DNA of 64,000 nucleotides. It comes from Macrostomum lignano (lineage: Eukaryota). Below the pieces are notes generated by a model. It was not told the origin of the DNA. It made no database searches and saw only the letters and a list, made by a program, of their open reading frames with translations. Position 1 is the first letter of the stretch; each line of letters begins with the position of its first letter. The translations under genes and the position numbers were made by a program. Positions 36,669 to 47,400 of this stretch are shown piece after piece. The stretch spans positions 62,001-126,000 of the forward strand of contig NIVC01000889.1 of NCBI GenBank assembly GCA_002269645.1, read 5' to 3'.

Positions 36669-39600
36669 AATCTTTAAGCCACTTACATGAATTAATTGCT
36701 GTCAGTTGTCTACAGGTAATAAAAACCTGATTGAGAATCAAAGTTGGCGGCAAGTGACCGGAAAGTCACAAATGCACTGACAGCACTGGTCTGGTCAACA
36801 GTTGTTTCACAAAAAATATTTAGGGCTTATTAGAAATAAAAACACTCATTTTCTCTCACTGGTCTTGCTTTTTCTGAAAAAAATAGAAATGGCGACAGAA
36901 TTTCTGCTCTTATCTATTTTGTCAGAGAAATCTTCTCCAATGACAGTTGGAGGAATGGCTGAGCGTGACATTCCAGCCAGGCTGGTAGATTACAGTCAGC
37001 TCTTGCATTGGTTGAGCTGATTTCGAATAGCATGCACATTAATGCAAGACCAATGCACCCCGAAGTTATGAAGCGTCGAGTCTTTTTACCAGATTAAAGA
37101 AAGACTTCTCGAATTAATGGCTCAGTGTACTGGGCTATCTTGTCTTGCCATTGGATCAGTAAAATATGCATTTAGTCATCGACAATGGCGAGCTTGACGG
37201 GCCGTTTGAACTCCTGTCTAGCAATTGAAATGATTTGTGTGGAATGGAATTTATATGGTCGAGTTTAGCTGGATGTTGCGGTAGATGGGATCACAGTTAT
37301 ATTTGACTAAAACACCTGTTTAAGTATAGACATGCGACCTGGATGCATGACCACCAGTAAGCCAATGGGTGATGCAATTAATGACAAAGGATGAAGTACA
37401 TTTATTACTTGATACTTTAGCGCGGTCTACCTAAACTATAGGTAAATACTGAGGGTTTGTTTTTTACTTTTTTCATTGGAAATCAATTGTTTTTTCGAAT
37501 TAATATTATGTTTACAGTTAGCTATAACTAAAACTTTTGGTATACAGACATAAGAGAGAAGAATCCGGTATAAGTACTTGCACCCATTCTCCCACAGCGA
37601 AATTCTAGGGCAGAGGCAAAGTCAAAGAACGACGGGATCGCGAATTTACACAGTTCAATTTTTTAAAATCAAGTATCTGTTTTTTACTTGATTTCATCTG
37701 TTTAATCTAGCATTAAAATGTGAAGCATAAATATTATTACTATAATTTAAATACAATTGGTCTTTTTCACCTCTATGAAAGACAATAAAAAATGTATATT
37801 TGTTTTTTCCTCAGCGAAAATTCAACTACTGTTCAGGTGTGCACGTGCAAATAAATCTGCGTAAATTTACAAAGTAAAGCAACTTAATTAGAGTAAAAAT
37901 ACATGTGAATATTGGACAAGTTGAGCTATTTTGCATTAAAAGCACTATGACTATGAGTAAGGATTTTGTTGTATAAACCCTTACTTCTTGGACATTTGAA
38001 TATCATTCGTTTGCGTAGAAAACATTGATTACGAATCATGACATCCCACCCTATGCTTATATGGGAATAGGAAACACTTATATAAATTGAAATACTCAAT
38101 CACATTATTCATTTTTTATTACATAGCATTGTTCAACCTCGAGGGCTTTTGATTCAAATCAAATAAATACAGGCCTAGCGGGTAAATCTCAAATTGAAAT
38201 ATACGTAAGTTATAAACAAATTTTTTCTTTCAGCATGAATTTAATTGTTAAACCAGAAGTATTTGTACATAAATTTAACTTTTATTTATAAAAAACTGAT
38301 TGAAAAATGTGTCTTTAAACTTTTAGCCAGAGCTTATGCTTTTATCGTGGCGATAGCGACCGAAAACGTATTTTTCTGACTTGTACTTTAAGTACGTTTT
38401 TTTGTTTCATAACGCTCTTTTGTGTACGTGTACTATTTTTGTCTATGGGACAATGACTGAAAATATAGGGGAAAACCTTTATCTGTGAGCTTGTGGATAT
38501 TTTACGGCTGTGTTTTCAATATTTATGAACTTATTTAGCCCTGTCTTAATTGCATGACACTTGTCTACTGTTGAAAAATTCCTGTAAGGTGTAGGTTTTC
38601 TGATAAACAACGCCAAACATTTTGATCTTTAGTGATTCATTCTTTCAGAGACATTTTAAATATTGTTATTTTGTTTTATCTGCGACTGTCAATGCATTGT
38701 TACTTACTTATGCCTATTGATGTTACATTTTGACTTTTTTCATGAGCACAAAATTTCCTGTAAGGTGTAAGTTTACTCAGCTCATAAGCATGTAAATGTT
38801 CCCAAAACTTGTTATTATGTAGAAAAATACTAAACAAAGAGTAGTTTTTTATTGCATGTTCTTGTGATTTTACTAAAGAAGTATAGACCTTATTAAGTTC
38901 ATTATATGGGTTTTTACCATTTATAGCCAACTAACATACTTAAGTAAGCAGTTTGTTTATTTTTGTATGAAAATCTTTGATGAATTCGCTTGTAATGATA
39001 TTCAATTTTGATCTTATGTGTATATTTTGAGCTCTAATGTTTGGTAATCCATATAAATATTCTAATTTGTTTTTGCCAATGTATTTAATATATTCCTCCA
39101 ATGTTATCATATTTGAATGCCTATTTGGGCTAGCAAAAGACAATAGGTATGGCAGGAACAGGAACCCTTAGAAACAGTTTGCATGGTTAGGAGAAAGCAA
39201 AAAGAATCCTGGTATTGCATACTTTTATTGTATTTAATGACACCTTAGAAAGCCTTTTTACTCATAATTAGGAAGCACAATCTATCTACTTCTATTTGTA
39301 TTTATATCTCAATATCTGTGTGTAGCAGTATATGTTTACCTTGCAATTTGAATGCCATATCTATTATTTCTATTTAGTCATTTTCAATTGTACTCTGCTA
39401 TCTTGGTATTCATTTACAAAAATACAAAGTGAGAGTCTATCTGTCTATTTGTAAATTTTGGCAATTTTCAATGTAGACATTCCTAAAATTACTACAGTTA
39501 TTTTCTTTAAATTGATACCAGATAACATTAAGATGATAATACCTCATTCTTATATGGTTTCTATTTTCTACAATACACAAATTTACTTCAAAATTCATTT

Positions 39601-42600
39601 CTTGTCTGGAATAAAAGTGGATATTGCATGATAATAGAATATATTTATATGTATCTCTATAGTACAGTGCAAGAAGGGAGTGTTGGCCATGATGGCATAG
39701 CAGTCATAAGGGTAGAAAGAATTGCTGGGCTGGGCCAATGCCAAATGCCACACATGCACATTGTTTCACATGTGCACTGTGTAGTTACAGTGTTGGGCAT
39801 AAAAACTAACACATCTATGTAAGAGTTTGAAATCCTATATACTGTATTTGTACTGTCAGTTGCATCTTATCCTGGCCTGTACATCTGTTGCTTTCTCTTA
39901 GCATACTGTATTACCTTTCTCTCAGCATATATATATGTTTTAGTTTCCAGTTTAACATTTGCCATTTGCCATTTACATTTTTCTTAGTTTTCAGTGCCAT
40001 ATCTGCTTTATATAGTATTTTTCAGTCTGTAAGTTTTCTGTTTTTTTTCTTTTTGCCAGTATCTTTTTGGCTTTTATTTACTGTTGTACATTTTCCCAGT
40101 GCGAGTAACTGTACGCTTTTAATTTCATTGCATTTTTATGGTCTGCACTTCTTTATATAAGTCCAGTGCAGTTCAAGTATCTGTTTCAGTCTGTTTTTTC
40201 TTGCACATTTTAAAGTAGAAATGGGAAATATACATGCAATTTTTTGTTTTGCTTTAATTTACAAACAAACATCTACATTCTACAGACGATATATTTGATC
40301 AGTGATGGAAACCTTAGTCAAAACTTCAAAAGTAAAATGTATAAGTATATTTTTTAACTTCTAGCTTTTTAGCAGTATGAGAGAACAGCAGCTTCGAGTT
40401 CTTTGTCAAGAAATTAAGGGAAAGTATTGGTGTTATTTTTGTGGTATGGCTTGCAATTTGATAGTTGCAAAACTTGATTCAGTTGAATTAAAGAGACAAA
40501 CGTGTAATTTAAAGAAAATTCAATACATTTGCTTAATTAAAATATGTTCAAGTTGAATACTAGATCCATGATCCATCGGTGTCAGTCTGAATATTACAGA
40601 ATTTGTAGGTTTCGCCATATTAAATTTTAGTAAAGATAAATAACCCAATTGGCATCGTTTCATTGCCATCAATAATAAACTCCGTTCGTTATCAGTCCGT
40701 CAACGGGATATGTTGTCGATATATATATAAAAAATGGTTTAGGTACCGTATATTCCGTTTATATTAAATCAGGCAGATTCTTAGCACGTTAAATTAAGTA
40801 ACTATAAACAGCCTCCATTTATAACAAAATGTTTCTTAAAAACAAAGAATATTTTGTGTATACTACAAACCAATAGAAATTTAACTCTAAAAAAACAAAA
40901 ACTACAATTTTGTATGTTAAATAAACAAACAGTTTATCTTCGGTATTAATCGTTGTCAGAATACCCTTCGAAAAAACAAACAGCATTCTTTCTTGAAATT
41001 CAGGCCTACTTGTGGTTTTAAGTAGAAAAATTATTATATTATTGTTTAATCTTCAGAGGTAAAGCATTATTTTGCATGCCACAGAACTTTTATTTTTTTG
41101 TCAATTTTTTTACTTCTGTGTTTGAGATTTACCCTAGCTCGAACTCGTGATGATCCTATTCAAATTCGTGCCAAAATGCAGCATTTTAAAATAGCATTTA
41201 AAGTATCTGCAAAATCACAATCTTTTATAAAGCGTCTGTTAAGCCTCTTAAAATAGGCTTTTACTCATGCTAAAGGTATTTTCATAGATTTTAATGTTGT
41301 TTAAAATTTGTAGTGTCGAGCGAATTTAAGTTGCATTTATTTATGGCCTTAATATTTTTTTAAGGTTAAGGTTTTAACGCTCTACTAGGCTCTTCTTAAT
41401 CTTGATTTTCGTTGTTCTTGTTAACATGTTGAATGATTGATAACAAACATTTTGGGCCAAAGCTGGGTGGGTTTATGAACACGCATTCAGTAATCAGCTT
41501 CCTCTCTGACATTTTATAAACTATTTCTTTAACATTTGCTGGGTCTGGGTGGCACATGATAGGTGGCCTTACTTATGCCTTTCTTATTCATTATTGTTGT
41601 TTTGTCTATCATAGGCCTATATAGACTGTCGATAAAAATTCAATCTTTTTAGGCCTTGGTGTTGACCTACATTTGATACTGATACTGATACATTGTGAAA
41701 TACAGATATAATATATACTTGATTTGATCTAGATGCAAGCCAATTATGGCCCAAGCACTGCACTAGTAGCCTAATAAAATAAGCTATGCCTATCTTTGAC
41801 TCTGTTGCCAAACTAGGTTAAAGTTTTATAACAATTTTATAGTTAAAAATTGAGCTAAAAGTTTATAGGCCTAATATCTACAATTCTATATATATCAAGT
41901 TGAAGGCAAATATATATATTAATATAATGGTACACAAAATTCCATTTAAAAAGTCTTCTTGAGTCTCTTAAAAGCTATTAAGGAATATTCATACTATAAT
42001 ATAAATGTAATAAATGAGACCAGAATACATGGTAGGCCTAGTACATTGCTTTTTAGACTATTCATTTAAGCATCATACAAATTTGTATAAAAATTCATTT
42101 GAATAATAATATAAATGAGCTTTAAAAGCAAGCTTCAATAGAAATTGTTTGAAAATGATTTACAATTAATGGTCATTGCTCTCAAAGGCAAAGCCAATAA
42201 ATAGACAGCGAGAAGTTGCTTGCTTTTGCTTGTCAATGACTTTGCTAATGTTATAATTGTTTATATAAGTTAACTATAAAGGACACCTTTTTATAACAGA
42301 TAGAGTTACTAACAAAGTATTTCTTATAGTGGCATCAAAATATTACTCACATGTAAGGGGTAAGGCTACATCTAGCAGAGCTTGGCTCATTGCCATAGTT
42401 TTTTGTTAATAAATGGAATAAATAAAAGCTTTCTATTATGGACTTTGAGCAAAACAAAGGGAAAAAGATTTTGAGTTTTTTATACATTGGTATATTATTT
42501 TGAAACTATTATAAAGGTATTGCAATTTTAGCAAGTGAACATATGGCTTATTAGTGCCTTTGCAATAGAGAGTAAAATCTAAAAGTGAGCATGCTTACTT

Positions 42601-43082
42601 TCTTGCATGTTCATAGACTTGTGTTTGTGAGTCTGCATAAAATGAGTAGTAAATAGCAGATCATCAAGTATAGCAATAAAGTTGATGCCTAAATATATCA
42701 TCATACCACTCAAGCACAGACTAGGTTTTTTGCTGACACTGATATGAAATTATATCCAAGGTCCATTTTAAAGATGCAATTCGGAAATTTAAGATATTAT
42801 ATAGCATCCCTATTGCATAAAAAACCTAGCAACCTAAGGTTTTTTTTCTAGTGACTAGTGCTTGGGTGCAAAATTGTACTATCTTGCCTTCAACTATAAG
42901 ATATAGCTAGTTTTTAGAACAACCATTACTTGTTAGAAGCACTTGAAGATAGGTTATTAAGGTGATATTTAACTTTGTTGTTGGTGTATGAGAAAATATT
43001 GGTCCTCATGATTAAATATGTAAATATAAATATAAATTTTTGAAATTGATAGCCAGGTATTAATTATCTTATTTATTGCACT

Positions 43083-43181
43083 ACCTAGTGGTTAGTGTCA
43101 TACTCAGGACTCAAAAGGTTTGATTCCAAATCCCAACTGGAACAATTTGTGTCCTTGAGCAAGACACCTAACTCTGCATTG
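43083..43181 (+). mobile_element. Decayed, 3'-truncated copy of the CORE-like tRNA SINE
   Basis: ctagtggttag...ggaacaatttgtgtccttgagcaagacacctaactctgcattg matches the reverse complement of 27930-28040. Confidence 0.7.
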
Positions 43182-43235
43182 GTATAATCAATTAAATTAT
43201 GAATATTAAAAAGCTAAAATGCTGACTGATTGCAG

Positions 43236-45645
43236 TTGCAAAGTGGCGCAGAGAAGCTGCAGTTGCAGCCAACGCCGCCATTGCCTTCCCCTTCGCCATT
43301 GGAGCTGTCTGGCAAGCGAGTGTTCTTCTTTTATGAGCCTGCAGGGACTCGGCGCGATCGGCAGTGCGAAGCTGGCGTGCAGCTTTGCGGCGGCATTGTG
43401 GAACCCTTCTTTTCCAAACAGGTTGGTGTTGTTCCAGATTTATGGTATGAGGAATTGCTGACTGTTTGAGCATCATGAGATGGGTGCTGACTGTTTGAGC
43501 ATCATGGGGTGAGTGCTGACTGTTTGAGCATCATGAGGTGAGTGCTGACTGTTTGAGCATCATGAGGTGAGTGCTGACTGTTTGAGCATCATGAGATGGG
43601 TGCTGACTGTTTGAGCATCATGGGGTGAGTGCTGACTGTTTGAGCATCATGAGGTGAGTGCTGACTGTTTGAGCATCATGAGGTGAGTGCTGACTGTTTG
43701 AGCATCATGAGGTGAGTGCTGACTGTTTGAGCATCATGAGGTGAATGCTGACTGTTTGAGCATCATGAGGTGAATGCTGACTGTTTGAGCATCATGAGGT
43801 GAGTGCTGACTGTTTGAGCATCATGAGGTGAGTGCTGACTGTTTGAGCATCATGAGGTGAATGCTGACTGTTTGAGCATCATGAGATGGGTGCTGACTGT
43901 TTGAGCATCATGAGGTGAATGCTGACTGTTTGAGCATCATGAGGTGAGTGCTGACTGTTTGAGCATCATGAGGTGAGTGCTGACTGAGCATGACGCCATG
44001 ATGAACCTAACACAAACCTGTCCCCCAGGTGGACTGTCTCATCACTAATGCGGACCTGTCCAACAAGCCTGTCGCAGAGGTGTTAGGATTCGGTGCCGTT
44101 GCTGCCTCCACCCCGCCGCCCAGGGTCCATGGCGCCTCATCACGCGGCCTCCTGCTGCAGCGCCTGGCCGCGGCTGCCAAAGGCGTTGCTGACCCAGCAG
44201 CTGCCATCGTTCATCAAGCTTCCACAGCCGCTGCCGCCGGAGACGACACCCTGGCTAAGGCGCGGTCTCTCGGGCTAAGAATCTTCAAGCTGACCGATGT
44301 CCGGGACTGCCTCCGGGCCAGCGGCCATCTGCCGCCAGAGCCCGCCGATGCGGCCGGTGCAGCAACCGGGGCAGCAGCAGCAGCCTCCTCAGCGTCGGTC
44401 ACACCGCAGTTCTATTCTGGCGACCGAGTGCTCAGCCTGCCAGCCCTGGTGATTGCGGATCCCAGGCGTCAGCGAGGTCCAATTGTCAGCGAGAAACTCG
44501 ACGTTGTCGACTGTTTCAACGCCGCTGCCGGCTCCGTCAAGGAGAACCGCCGGCCGCCGAAAATTGTCTCGCCCTGTCGGGGTCGGCAGCGACGTCGGAA
44601 TCCGGAGCCGCCGCCGCCGACCCAGCCGCCGCCTCAGAAGCGACGATGCGAGAACTGCCACGGCGCTTATTTAGACTTCAACAGTCACGTGACTGGGCCG
44701 CGGCATCGCCAATTCGTTGCCACGCCGGCTAATTTTGTGGAGATTGACAAAGTGCTGTCGGACTTGACTCCGCTAGCTGAAGCTCTCGCCGTTGCGGTGC
44801 CCGCGCCAGCAGCGCCCGCAGTCGCTGATGCCGCCGACACCGCAGCTGCCGAGGCCGCTGTCGCTGTGCCCGACGAAGCAACCTCGGCGAAACTGGTCGC
44901 TGACTTGAACTGGCTGGCCGCCAGCCCTCGAGCCGCCGGCAAGCAGCGGTCGAACTCGGCTGCGGCAGTCGCCAGCCAATGCCGGGGGCGCAGTCATTCG
45001 CAGGACATTCGATTCCTAACCGGCCGTCGGGTTAGCGCCGGCGCCGCTACGGCCGCGGCTCCGCTGTCTTCTCGCCGCCAGCTGATTCCCAAGCAGCACC
45101 GGAAATCGGCTCCGCAGGTGTTGCTGCCGACGGTGGTGCAGAAGAAGACCGGCGGTGATGCCGCTGTTGCTATGGTTGACAATGCCTCAGCAGCTGATCC
45201 TCAACAGCCGCGGGCTAAGCGACCCAGGCTGGATGCTGAGGCAGGTCAACAGCTGAAGTCCTCTGGAGCGGCAGTTAGCGAAGCCACCGAGCACATGGCC
45301 ATGTCCAACTGCGACTTGCCGGCATTCAAATATCCCAGCACCGCCAGTTTTGGCCGGCTTAGTCGGCAAAGCGACGAAGCGGCTGCGCCTGTTGGACAAC
45401 GCGTCGAGGCTGCCGCGTCGAGTAATTTGGACAATGACGTCACCGTGCCGATGTCGGATCCTGCCTGGTCGGATCCGACCGATCCATTGCAGCAGCAGCA
45501 GCTATCCGCATCTCGGTCTGCATCGTCGCAGGCTGGCCGCTCCAATGCTGCGACCGCCGCTTCGGGTGTCAATTCGTCAAACGATAATTGCGGCTTGTCG
45601 TCTCCTTCGGCTTGTCATCGGCGGCATAAGCGACAATTGAGTTAA
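43236..45645 (+). CDS. DBF4: DBF4/ASK/chiffon-like activator of CDC7 kinase; exons ~43236-43421 and 44029-45645; start codon unresolved
   Basis: Motif N/BRCT-like LSGKRVFFFY...LCGGIVEPFFSKQ|VDCLITN across a phase-0 GT-AG intron; motif-M-like PALVIADPRRQRGPI; zf-DBF RRCENCHGAYLDFNSHVTGPRHRQFVATPANFVEIDKVL. Confidence 0.85.
43453..43990 (+). repeat. 29-bp minisatellite filling the DBF4 intron, about 18 copies
   Basis: Unit gtgagtgctgactgtttgagcatcatgag. Confidence 0.95.
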
Positions 45646-45679
45646 CAGCGAGTTGATCGAGTCTAATAGGCTCAGTGTG

Positions 45680-46125
45680 ATTTCTCGTTGCTATGCGGTT
45701 GCTGTGGTACCGGATAGTACAATTTCCCGTTGCTACGCGGTTGTTAGGGTATTAGATAGCAGAACTCCCCGTTGCTATGCGGTCGTTAGGGTATTAGATA
45801 GCAGAACTCCCCGTTGCTATGCGGTCGTTAGGGTATTAGATAGCAGAACTCCCCGTTGCTATGCGGTCGTTAGGGTATTAGATAGCAGAACTCCCCGTTG
45901 CTATGCGGTCGTTAGGGTATTAGATAGCAGAACTCCCCGTTGCTATGATGTTGTTAGGGTATTGGATAGCAGAACTCCCCGTTTCTATGCGGTCGTTAGG
46001 GTATTAGATAGCAGAACTCCCCGTTGCTATGCGGTTGTTAGGGTATTGGATAGCAGAATTCCCCGTTGCTATGCGGTCGTTAGGGTATTGGATAGCAGAA
46101 TTCCCCGTTGCTATGCGGTTGTCGG
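45680..46125. repeat. 42-bp minisatellite just downstream of the DBF4 stop, about 10 copies
   Basis: Unit gttgctatgcggtcgttagggtattagatagcagaactcccc. Confidence 0.93.
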
Positions 46126-46529
46126 GGTATCAGAATAATCTAATTCCCTCCTAACATGAGTCAGTATGTATCCAAGATAAGTGAGGCTTTCTACGAGCAG
46201 CATTTTTCCGGTGCACGCGAATTTCTCTTGTCCAAGTCTGTGACGATATTTTGCGCACTTTTATTTCACTTGTCAATCATTTTTCTTATTATATTATGAG
46301 GTGCGCCTGTTGCTGTGCCATGCGAGCCGAAGTGTTTATATCTAAAATTGTACTTGAGGTTAGCTGCTCAATCAAGTCATGAATTTGCATTCAATATTGG
46401 CTTTTGTTAAATATATATACACGCTTTACTCACCAAATTTATTATTGAATATTGCTTACTGTTCGTATGTTATGCTTTTCATTTCTGTTAATTAAGCAAC
46501 TGATAGGGTAAGTGGGGATACATGAACTT

Positions 46530-47238
46530 CGATAGGGTAGTGCAGATCCCTGAGGAACTTTGAGAGGGTAGTGCAGATCCCTGAGCAACTTTGAGAGGGT
46601 AGTGCAGATTCCTGAGCAACTTTGAGAGGGTAGTGCAGATCCCTGAGCAACTTTGAGAGGGTAGCTCAGATCCCTGAGCAACTTTGAGAGGGTAGCTCAG
46701 ATCCCTGAGCAACTTTGAGAGGGTAGTGCAGATCCCTGAGCAACTTTGAGAGGGTAGCTCAGATCCCTGAGCAACTTTGAGAAGGTAGTGCAGATCCCTG
46801 AGCAACTTTGAGAGGGTAGTGCAGATCCCTGAGCAACTTTGAGAGGGTAGTGCAGATCCCTGAGCAACTTTGAGAGGGTAGCTCAGATCCCTGAGCAACT
46901 TTGAGAGGGTAGTGCAGATCCCTGAGCAACTTTGAGAGGGTAGCTCAGATCCCTGAACAACTTTGAGAGGGTAGCTCAGATCCCTGAGCAACTTTGAGAG
47001 GGTAGCTCAGATCCCTGAGCAACTTTGAGAGGGTAGCTCAGATCCCTGAGCAACTTTGAGAGGGTAGTGCAGATCCCTGAGCAACTTTGAGAGGGTAGCT
47101 CAGATCCCTGAGCAACTTTGAGAGGGTAGCTCAGATCCCTGAGCAACTTTGAGAGGGTAGCTCAGATCCCTGAGCAACTTTGAGAGGGTAGTGCAGATTC
47201 CTGAGCAACTTTGAGAGGGTAGCTCAGATCCTTGAAGA
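46530..47238. repeat. 31-bp intergenic minisatellite, about 22 copies
   Basis: Unit gagggtagtgcagatccctgagcaactttga and the gctcag variant. Confidence 0.95.
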
Positions 47239-47400
47239 TTTTACTTCCCTGTAACTCAATACTAAATTTGACCCTTTGAGCTTCTTATCGTCTGATTAAT
47301 CTATTTGCATGCTCTCAGCCGTGTGCTTGGCCAATAAGAATAGGACAGAATTACCATTAGATTAATCTATATATAAATAACAATAGAATAGACGGTAAAT

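Noticed and set aside
37060-37400. Possible ATPase/helicase relic (RPVKLAIVDD*M on the minus strand)
   Set aside because: Several stops, no Walker A, and only a few residues of resemblance; not supportable without a search.
45653-46991. Repeat-protein ORFs RCYAVVRVLDSRTP and LRDLSYPLK...
   Set aside because: Translations of the 42-bp and 31-bp minisatellites.
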